From an uncultured Acidimicrobiia bacterium (GTDB taxonomy: Bacteria > Actinomycetota > Acidimicrobiia > Spongiisociales > UBA5794): DNA of 64,000 bases. The number at the start of each line of letters is the position of its first letter. Position 1 is the first letter of the stretch. Below the pieces are notes generated by a model, which did no database searches, was not told the origin of the DNA, and was given only the letters and a program-made list of their open reading frames with translations. Positions 30,706 through 39,800 of this stretch are shown here, piece after piece. The DNA lies in assembly GCA_963792895.1 (NCBI GenBank), contig CAWBYA010000002.1, positions 2,583 through 66,582 of the forward strand. The letters run 5' to 3'. A program made the position numbers and the translations under genes.

Positions 30706-31309
30706 GCCGGGATACTACGCAGACCGACCTCTCGACAGCCGGAGGGCGTTGAGATCGGCCTTGAACACGCGGGCCCGGGTGCCACAGGAGCGGGCGAGCG
30801 CAACCGGCGTTGAACCCTGCCCGCTCTCGACCGGACGCAGGTCGGCCGCCGAGGCTCGTACTCGCTGAGCAACCGGCAGCAAAGGAACCCGCCATGACGG
30901 GATGCGGGCCCAACATCGCCGACGCACGTGCTTCGGGCGCTGGAACGCATCGACGTGCTCACCCGGCACGCCGCTGCGCACGCGCGATCCGTGGTCGAGG
31001 CTACGGACACCTGCGCGGTATGCATCTACGAGTCCGAGGCGGATGTGTTGATGGTCCGGCGGCAACGCCTGTACAGAGATCCGCCTGGCCCTTGTGGCTG
31101 GGGGTGAGTGCTCGTTTGGTTGCGTGGAGATGTCGAGGAAGGCCGGCCACCTGGCTCCATCGCGCTGATCGCAAGAGTCTGCGGCAAGAGCAACACTGCA
31201 GAAGGCGCCTCCACTCGAGCCGTTCCAGTCGTGGAGCGGGCAGTGACCCTCCACCCGCACCGACCAGACACCGCATGACACCTTGAACCTGGTTGCAGGC
31301 CCTACTGGT

Positions 31310-32140
31310 TCACGACGCTTCGGCGCCGGTGATCTCCACCACACGCTGCGGGAACGGGATCTCGACGGAGGCCGCCGCAAGAGCTTCGTGGACTGCGCGC
31401 GTCACGGCGTCGCGCACCATCCATTGATCCGCGATGGAGGAGCCGTGCCAGAAGCGCAGGGAGAAGTTGATGCTCGAGTCGGCGAACTCGTAGGCATATG
31501 CCTGCGGCGCCGGGTCACCCTTCACGCCCTCGACAGCCTCGAGGGTCTCGACGAGCAGCCGGCCAACGTCGCCGAGAGAGCTGCCGTACGCAACGCCGAC
31601 GGACAGCGTCGTGCGCCGGATCGGCTCGGCCGTATGGTTCACGATCGGGTTCCGCCACACGGCCGAGTTGGGAATGAAGACCCGCTCGCCGTCGTACGTT
31701 CGCATCGTCAGCTCGCGCAGGCTGATGTCCTCGACGACTCCCTCGTGATCGGCGGTCGTGATCTCGTCACCCTGGCTGAACGGTCGCCGCGCCGACAAGA
31801 AGACCCCGGCGATGAAGTTCTCGAGCACCTCCTGGAAAGCGAACGCCAACGCAAGCCCGAGCAACCCGATGACGCCGAGGAACGGTGCGAGTGACACACC
31901 GACTTGCTCGGTCGCATAGAAGAACCCGAAGATGAATACGACAATCGCCGTCACCCGCCCGATCAATCGGGCAACGAACGGCGCGATCTGGGGGGTGGAC
32001 AGGCGGACGATCACACGGAACGTGATCAGTGCCGCGATCGCTGCACCGAGGGTGAGCCCGCCTGCCCACAGCCAGTCGGACAGCGTCAGAGCGCCGAGCT
32101 GCTCGAGCGTTTCCGCTGCGTCTGTGTCGGTCGCGGCCAT
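31310..32140 (-). CDS. Small-conductance mechanosensitive channel (MscS family)
   Basis: GLALAFAFQEVLENFIAG, RPFSQGD, IPNS, VGVAYG and IPFPQR. Confidence 0.92.
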   Translation of the reverse strand: MAATDTDAAETLEQLGALTLSDWLWAGGLTLGAAIAALITFRVIVRLSTPQIAPFVARLIGRVTAIVVFIFGFFYATEQVGVSLAPFLGVIGLLGLALAFAFQEVLENFIAGVFLSARRPFSQGDEITTADHEGVVEDISLRELTMRTYDGERVFIPNSAVWRNPIVNHTAEPIRRTTLSVGVAYGSSLGDVGRLLVETLEAVEGVKGDPAPQAYAYEFADSSINFSLRFWHGSSIADQWMVRDAVTRAVHEALAAASVEIPFPQRVVEITGAEAS

Positions 32141-32535
32141 CTGATGGATGCGGATCAAGCTCGGCTCCTCGTCGTCTGGTCGATCCCGGTCTTCCTACCC
32201 GCGACGGTCACGATAAAGCACACGGCAAGATGCCGGGTGACGTCGGTTCCCGGCGATCTGTTGCGGCCTCGGCTCGGCGCGGCGGCACCTGCCATGTGAG
32301 ATCTCGCTGGGACCGGGCTTGGTTCTCGGCTCCGCCAGCCTGAGCGGTTTCGTGGCACGGACCGGTCAGCCTCCGAGTTGCGAGCCACTCCAACCGTCAC
32401 GGCGCCGGCCCGCTGCCAAACGAGATCGGTCATTGGCAGAGGTGCGTGGCACCGGTCCTCATGTCGCAAGTTCGCTCCTAGCGCTCTCCAAGCTCCCTTG
32501 TCGACATTGTGATCCTCACGCCAGAAAGGCACGCA

Positions 32536-33201
32536 ATGGCCACCGAACGCCGCAGCGCACTCCTCGCCATGTTCACGCTGCTCGCTGCAGCCTGTTCGCC
32601 AACCGCGGCGCTTCCCGTGGCCGAGCCAACCCCGAACGCCCCCGGCGACCCACCCAGCGTCGACTGGGGAGACTCGGGGCGGAGGGTCATCTTCGACATC
32701 GGGTGGTCGATCTACGCATGCGACGGAGATGCTCCGCTGCTCTGCGTGGAGAAGGACGGCAGACCGGTTGGCGTCGTCGAGGCAATGGCTCACCCGATCG
32801 GGTCGTTCCCCGATCTCGACACGGAAGAAAGCCCGCAGTCCACCCTGAGGACCTTCGCCGCAGGCTTCGTGGATTCACTGCGTCGCGACCGAGCCGAGGG
32901 CTGCGGACCCGACTACGGCTTCGCGCCGATGGCGCCGCAGCCAATCACGCTTGGCGACACACCCGGAATCTCATTCGGCTACATCGGAACCATGCGGGAC
33001 GGCAGCCCGTCGGAGCTGAACCTGCAGTATGCGGCCGTCGTCGGCGACCAGATCGTCTCGATCGTGGCCATCGCCTACGACGACGAGGGTTGCCCCGGTC
33101 GCGACGACCTGAGTGGGTTCCGATCGAGTGAACTCGCTGAGTTCCGCCCGTATTTGGAGGAAGTGCTCACCACAACCCCGCTCCCCTCGTTTCGAGGGTG
33201 A
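32536..33201 (+). CDS. Hypothetical lipoprotein
   Basis: Lipobox LLAAAC after a basic/hydrophobic leader. Confidence 0.7.
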   Translation: MATERRSALLAMFTLLAAACSPTAALPVAEPTPNAPGDPPSVDWGDSGRRVIFDIGWSIYACDGDAPLLCVEKDGRPVGVVEAMAHPIGSFPDLDTEESPQSTLRTFAAGFVDSLRRDRAEGCGPDYGFAPMAPQPITLGDTPGISFGYIGTMRDGSPSELNLQYAAVVGDQIVSIVAIAYDDEGCPGRDDLSGFRSSELAEFRPYLEEVLTTTPLPSFRG

Positions 33202-33800
33202 GTGGCTCGTCCGGAGTCGTATCGACGCAGACGTCGCCCTGATCGGTCGGCATTGCGAGATCCTGCGCACGAGATGGAAGCAGTGGCTCGGTAGCGCCAC
33301 CAGATCTGTCTTGCCACATGTCACAACGCTGGTTGTCCGGAACTCTCCGTCCTCGCAGGACGGAGGCGCTGGCTGCCCCAGCCCTGAGGCGCCACTCAGA
33401 GTGCTCGGGGATCGCCCGTTCGTGGGCTGACGTCACCGATCAGCGGACGACCGTACCGTTCCGCACGTGTCCGCTGTGCGCGACGACATCGCTGTGACGG
33501 TGGTCGAGCGCCGCTCAGGCGGTGTGTGGACGGTGCGTTGGGCCGAGATCGTCGCGTCTCCCGGAGGATCCGAACGCTTCGGCGTCGAGCTCCTCTCACT
33601 CGACGTCCGGTCGGCAGCAGGAGAATCCCGTGCTCGGCCACTGCTTCAGGAACTGTTCCTGTCAATCGCCGAGCGCCTCGTGTGGCAGCAGGCGTGGCCG
33701 AGGTCGCCCGGCGGCAACGCCGAATACAGATCCTTCGCCTCTAGCGGTTTGGACGTGCGCGTTCGTAGGTTGGGTGGAGATGTCGAGGAAGGAGCGTGCG

Positions 33801-34577
33801 ATGAACGTACCCGCCACATCGGAGATCTTCGACGTCATGCATTCCTGCAGGGCCATGAGGCGTTTGGACACCAAGGACGTGTCCGACGAAACGGTGCTCG
33901 AGCTGCTTGATGCTGCGATTCGGGCGCCGAGTGGAGGCAACGCCCAGAATTGGCGATTCGTCGTCGTTCGTGACCCGGACGTCAAACATGCTCTTGGTGA
34001 GGAGGTGCGCAAGACCATCACGTGGATGGCCGCGGTCAACGATGAACGCCTCCGTGCCGGCCGGGCCACAGGCGCCATTCCCGAGGAGGCAGAAGCCCGA
34101 GACCGACGGGCGTTCGCAGCGGTGAACTACCTCGCCGATCACTTCGACACGACTCCTGTCATCATCTGCGTATGCGTGGAACCAGACCCGACCTTGAACC
34201 GCGCCGTTCGCTCACGCCCGGCGGTGAAGGCTGCTGTTGCCCAGTACGGGGTTGCCGGCGCCGCTCGCATGGGTGCTGCCGGCTCACGTTTGAGGGAGCG
34301 CGGGATGTGGGCGAGTGCCTACCCGGCGGTGCAGAACATCCTGCTTGCCGCCAGGGCCAAGGGGCTGGGAGCAGTGATGACGACGCCGCAGATCCTGGGA
34401 CCTCCCGGCCGAGTCGAGAGTGTCATCGGCTTGCCGAAGAACGTCAGGTTGGCCGCTGTGATCGCGGTTGGCTACCCAAAGGGTCGCTTTGGACCGGTAC
34501 GGCGGCGCCCGGTTCACGAGTACGTGTACCGGGACCACTACGGCAGGGCAGCCCCGACCGCGGCAGCAACGGAATGA
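33801..34577 (+). CDS. Nitroreductase family protein
   Basis: RAMRR, APSGGNAQNWRFVVV, YPAVQNILLAARAKGLG and VGYP. Confidence 0.9.
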   Translation: MNVPATSEIFDVMHSCRAMRRLDTKDVSDETVLELLDAAIRAPSGGNAQNWRFVVVRDPDVKHALGEEVRKTITWMAAVNDERLRAGRATGAIPEEAEARDRRAFAAVNYLADHFDTTPVIICVCVEPDPTLNRAVRSRPAVKAAVAQYGVAGAARMGAAGSRLRERGMWASAYPAVQNILLAARAKGLGAVMTTPQILGPPGRVESVIGLPKNVRLAAVIAVGYPKGRFGPVRRRPVHEYVYRDHYGRAAPTAAATE

Positions 34578-34740
34578 AGTAGCGGGCGTCACCCGATCAG
34601 GGACCTTCGCTCACGCCCGCCCCGGTGGCGCCGGCTGTGGCGAGGGGACTGGGGAAGCGGCCCGCATGGGCGCTTGAAGCAACGCGGAGCCTGCGGACCG
34701 GTGGGCCGATCTGTGCAGCTCACCTCGAGCCGGCTTGGGT

Positions 34741-35193
34741 CTACTCGTCTTGGTTCTCGAGGTAGGCCTTGTACGCCGCCAAGAAGGCGTTGCCGATCTT
34801 GGAGCTGCCGAACTTCTGATAGAAGAAGCCCAGGAATCCGGGCGCCTCGACGTCTGTCATAACGAGGTGATACGACACTCCGGCGGCATTCGTTGTGAAC
34901 TCCTCCCGGAAGTGCGATGTGGTCGTTACCTTCGATCCCGCTGCGTATTCCTCGTCGAACTCCACGACCACGCTGTCAGCTTCGACGCGTCGAGAGATGT
35001 TCGTCCGCTTCATGACGCCTTCGTTGGTCTCGATGATCACTGAGTCACCCCCTTGCTCTACGAGCTCAGCGCTCGTCAGGCCTGGCATGAGACTGGTGAC
35101 TCCTGTAAACAGCGCGCCGGGGTTGTCGAGGGCGCGCGACACCTGTTCGATGGTGCAGTCGATGTCGGTATCTCCCTCGAACCAAACAACCAT
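34741..35193 (-). CDS. Hypothetical protein, SRPBCC-like
   Basis: GGAAGGA RBS; 150-aa globular ORF with a C-terminal helix. Confidence 0.6.
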   Translation of the reverse strand: MVVWFEGDTDIDCTIEQVSRALDNPGALFTGVTSLMPGLTSAELVEQGGDSVIIETNEGVMKRTNISRRVEADSVVVEFDEEYAAGSKVTTTSHFREEFTTNAAGVSYHLVMTDVEAPGFLGFFYQKFGSSKIGNAFLAAYKAYLENQDE

Positions 35194-35429
35194 GACGGAT
35201 CCTTCCCGAGAGACGTGTGGATGCCTCCGCAGACTAGGGATGTGTCCGACGATTCGACCGATCAGAACACGGCAAGGACAAAGCGCGCAGCGAGGAGACC
35301 CAGCTGCGGAACATCGAGGCATGCGGGTGAGGTAGCCGCAAGTGCGCGCTCGCATCGGCGAGCCCGTGGTCAGCGCTCGCGAGTCAATCGCTACGCCCAT
35401 CCTCGTGATGCGTCCGGGGGACGGCCACC

Positions 35430-35467
35430 GGCAGGGCATTCCCCGAGCGGCAGGGCATTCCCCGAGC
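35430..35467. repeat. 19-bp tandem direct repeat x2
   Basis: GGCAGGGCATTCCCCGAGC twice in a divergent intergenic region. Confidence 0.8.
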
Positions 35468-35751
35468 TTCGTACGATTGTCTCGCTGAGCTGGGCACGCT
35501 GGCTTCTTGGGATTCCTGCGATCACCCCATCCCCGGCTACTTCTCCCCTTGTGCGGCGGCGGGCGATACGAATCCGACGTCAAGCGGGACGCAAGCACCA
35601 AGGTCACCGAACCGGTCGGTGGAGGACGCCCCGGGCTGATCATGGCGTCCAGAGCCGACGCTGCCCGAGCCCAGCTCAGGTCGCCGTCGCGGGGCCACCT
35701 GGCGCGATGCTCCTTGGTTCCCGCTGCGCCATCGGTACGCTCGGGCTCGCC

Positions 35752-36679
35752 ATGTTGAACGTCGAACCGCTGACGAATGCGAACCTGGCCGAAGTGGTCG
35801 ACTTCGTGCACCGATCGAACCCATTTGCGCAGAACACGTGGGGTTGGGACTCAGGTCGCTTCATGGATTGGCGTTGGGGCTCCAACGCGCTGCGGGAGGC
35901 GGAGAGTCCTGGGTGGTTCTCCTCGAACTGCGAGGTGTTCCGAGACGGCGGATGCATCCGGGCGACGTGGATCGCCGAGTACGGAGGTGACGACGTGTGC
36001 ATCGTCACGCCGGGCGAGGACGCCAACGCGGTTCGGTTCGTGATCGAACGGCTGGACGACTCCCGGACGGGACGGGGTCGGCCTCAGGCTCGAGTTCTCC
36101 GACGCTGCGGAGTGGCTGCGCGACCTCTGCCGAGATGCCGGGCTGCGCGAAGAGATCGGTACGGGCCACGAGTGGGAGTACGACCTCAGCCGTCTCTCCG
36201 GCACGGCGCCTCTTCCGAATGGCTTCACGATCGAGTCCCTCGGCGACGATCGGACGGGGGAGTACGCGGGCATCGCCGGGTGCATTCGAGAAGCGTTTCG
36301 CAGCAGTGGCGATGTCGGCGCAACGCTCCGCAATCTCGAGGCGAATCCGATGTTCCGGCCCGAATTGAGCGTCTTCGCCCGCAGCCCCGACGGCCGCATC
36401 GCCGCGTATTGCCGTGGCACCGTGAACCCCGACAACGGCGTATGCGGCATCGACCCGGTCTGCACCCACCCGGACTACCGGGGGATGGGGCTCGCCAAGG
36501 CGGTCGTGCACGCATGCTTCCGGCGCCAGCGGGGCTTGGGCGGCCGCTATTGCTACATCGGTTCGGCCCCCGAACCGGCCCTCTCTACCTTCCTCTACCG
36601 ATCACTCGGTCCGGTCGGCCGAACCGTCACTTGTGCGTGGAGCCGTCCCGCCCAAACCATGAACCGACCCACCCCATGA
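35752..36679 (+). CDS. GNAT N-acetyltransferase; frameshift near 36075
   Basis: C-terminal DPVCTHPDYRGMGLAKA..FLYRSLG; N-part lies in the 35053 frame. Confidence 0.78.
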
Positions 36680-36814
36680 GCCGGGGGACACCCGCACGGC
36701 CCGGCGCAGCGTGTACGGCGAGACGCGGCGCAGCTCGCCCACTCCGAATGCGCCTACCACGAATGAAGGCTCTCGGCCGCTCCCGCCGCACCGCGTGGGC
36801 TCTGGCGCTTCGGC

Positions 36815-39800
36815 TCAGCCAAAGGGACAGGGGTCGATGCCATACGCGGCGCACTCGCTGGCCGTGAAGGTGCGTGTGACCCGCGAGTCTGCGACTTCGA
36901 GGAGTTCTTCGACGTCAGTTGTCACCACGATGCCGGGCCCAGAGATCGGAATCACGAGCAAGTGGTGATCATTCAGCCAGGCCAAGTTGCGGATCGGCTC
37001 CCCGATGTGGATCTGCTGGAGGACGTTGAGTGTCTCGAACGAGTACACCTTGACGATCCCCGAGTCGTGCCCGCTGGCGATCAGTGTCCCCGACGGATCG
37101 ACGGCGAGGAGACGCTCGGCGCCGATGCCATCTGCCTCGCGAATCGTCTCGAAAGAGCCGGCGTCGGCGATCGACAAACCGTCGCCTGAGTTGATGACGA
37201 GATGGCGGCCATCAGGCGTGAACACCTTCTCCTCGTGCACCCAGTCGACCTGCGCCGTGCCGACCTCGGTCCAGCCGACCGTTTCGAGCGCCGTGAGGTC
37301 CCAACCGTGGTCGAGCACCAGGACGCGGCTCCTGTCCGGGCTCATGGTGATGCGGCCTGCGAGCATGAGGGGCGGGGAGCGATGGATGACCTCGCCGGTG
37401 GCGGCGTCCCACACCAGCATCGGATAGCCGCGGTCGACCTCCCACATCCCTCCTATGAGTTGTGAGCCGTCGGCCGAGAAGTGGAGTTCGGTCACGAAGG
37501 CCGGGAAGGGAGCGTCCGGGAACTCGCCACACCCCGTACCCGTCCCACTGCCCTCGTCCCATGTGCACAGACCTTGCATCAGCACCGATCGATCGGTGAG
37601 GGTGTCGTAGATCCGCACACTGCCGATGAGGCGGCCCGCCCCCAATTGCTCCTGGACGGCGGCGTAGCGACCGTCGGGCGACAGGGCGATGTCGTCTCCC
37701 GCACCTGCCGGGATTCGGTACACCTCCTCGCCGGTTGCGATGTCGTAGACGCCGACAGGCCCGCCGATGTCGAGCGCGCCGTAGCGCACCACGAATCGAC
37801 CGCCGGCGATCTCGATGTCGTTGAGCGTGTAGCGGCTCTCCCGCGGCAGGTTGAACGCGCCTACCTCGCCGTTTGCGCCGGCATTCCAGATCGACACGCC
37901 GGGTTCCGTCGTGCGCGGTGAGTCCCAGTCCCTATAGGACAGCGCAACGAGGCCGTCGTCGCTCAGCAGCGTGACGTACGGCCCGTCGAGCACGGTCAGC
38001 TCCTCTCCCGTCGCCGCCACCCAGATTCGGGTTGGGCCCCCGTTGTGCGACCCGATCAGGTAGCGCCCATCGACGCTGAACCAGGCGTCCTGAAGTCGCT
38101 CGGAGACGCCCCACAACAGCGTGTCGGTCGTCACGCTCCAGACCCAGTTGCGGTTCGGGCCAAGAGAGGCGAGGAGGCTGCCGTCGGGGCTGAGAACGAT
38201 GATGTCGTCACTGGACCCCTCCGGGCCGTAGGCTCGCGACTCGCCGGTCGTGAGATCGACCACGGTGGCTCTGGCGTCGATGCTCAGCGCCATGAGATGA
38301 CCGTCGCGGCTCGTGGTCCAACTCGCACTCGTTGGGTCTGATACCCCCTGGGCGTCGTACTCCGCAAGCTGCCGCGTCTCACCCTTCTCCCGGTCGATGC
38401 GCAGCACGACGAGGCGGGTGTCGGTGCAGGTGGCGGGCAGCGTGAGGGGGGCCTCTGCGAACCCCTCGGGCACATATGCGACCACAATCGGATGGACCGT
38501 GTCGATCCGGCCGGAGCCGTCCTTCACGATGCTGGCAACCTCGCACGTCCAATCGAAGGGGATGGACTCGAGGACCCCGTTCTCGGTGTCGAGGGAGAAC
38601 AGGTTGGCCGGCTCCGCCCTATCTGCATGGAAGACGATCTCAGTGCCGCCTGGGGCGAACGCTCCCGGCAGGACGACCCCTTCGTATCCGCCTCGAGGTG
38701 CGTCGACGTCCCAGATCAGTTCGCCGGTTGCAGCGTTGCGCACTTGCATCTTCTGGTTGACGCGGTCGCTGGCCACGTACGCCGATCCGTCGGGGGTGAG
38801 AGCGGCCCAGTTCGACCCGAACAACCAGTCTGCCGGTGGCATGCGGAGTTGGGCGCGCTGACCGAGGATCGCTCGGTGGAGGGCGTTGACGGACTCGACT
38901 ATCGGGTCACCGCCTCGCGAGGACTCGAGAGCCAGAAGGAGGCTGAGCTCCGGATCGGTGTCGGCAACAGCGATCGCCGACGCCGCCAGTTCGCGAGCCC
39001 GTGCCACTGCGGCGTTCCGGTTCGATTCGGTGCGCTGCGCGAGGGCGAAAACGGCGAGGGTGCTGGCCACGACCGCGGCCGCAGCGAAGCCGGAGAGGAC
39101 GGCTCGCCGCCGCCGTCTGCGGCGAGCCCTGAGGTTGTCGGCCTGCTGCCTGCTCTCGTCGAGGTATGCACGCTCGTCGTCGCTGAGGGCGAGGTCCGTG
39201 GTCGTGGCGAATTGCTCGTAGTGCGCCAACCGGCCCCCACTGAGCAGGTAGCCGACTTGCCGGCCCGACTCGAGCCACTCGCCCGCAAGGGCAGCAAGCC
39301 GGCGATGGAGGACGAGGTCTTCGCGACGATCCTCGATCCAGCCCCGAAGCCGATCCCACCCGCTCATGAGCGCCTCGTGGGCCACCTCAACCGTCGGGCT
39401 GCGGGTCTTCGGGTCGCGATCGAACGTGAGAAGCCGGTGAGCGCCGAAGGACGTCAGGACCTCGTCGACCAGGGGTGCCTCGATACCGATGCCGCTCAGT
39501 TCCTGGATGGGAACCCGCCGCCGGGTGTCCGATCCGTCGTCGGCGACCTGGACGAGGCGCAGGAGCACCTGCCGGATGGCCTCCTTCCCGCTCTCCTCGC
39601 ATCCGTTGAACAGCGTCTCGGCGCGGCGCCCGAGGGCGCTGGTCACACCGCCCATGGCCCGGTACGACTCGCAGCTGATCTCGGCCCCGCTTCGGCGGGC
39701 AAACAACTCGGTGAGGGCGTACTCCATGAGCGGTAGCCCCCCAGGCTGGTCGCAGACGTCGCGAACGATCTCGGTCTCGAGCCCAGGCTCGAGACCGACA

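Noticed and set aside
33319-33346. Possible IS481-like end (TGTCACAACG..CCGGAAC)
   Set aside because: Weak similarity, no terminal ACA, and no partner end or transposase.
35053-36867. 604-aa ORF and many other long overlapping Arg/Pro-rich ORFs
   Set aside because: Shadow ORFs typical of high-GC DNA; only the segment encoding the GNAT N-terminus looks real.
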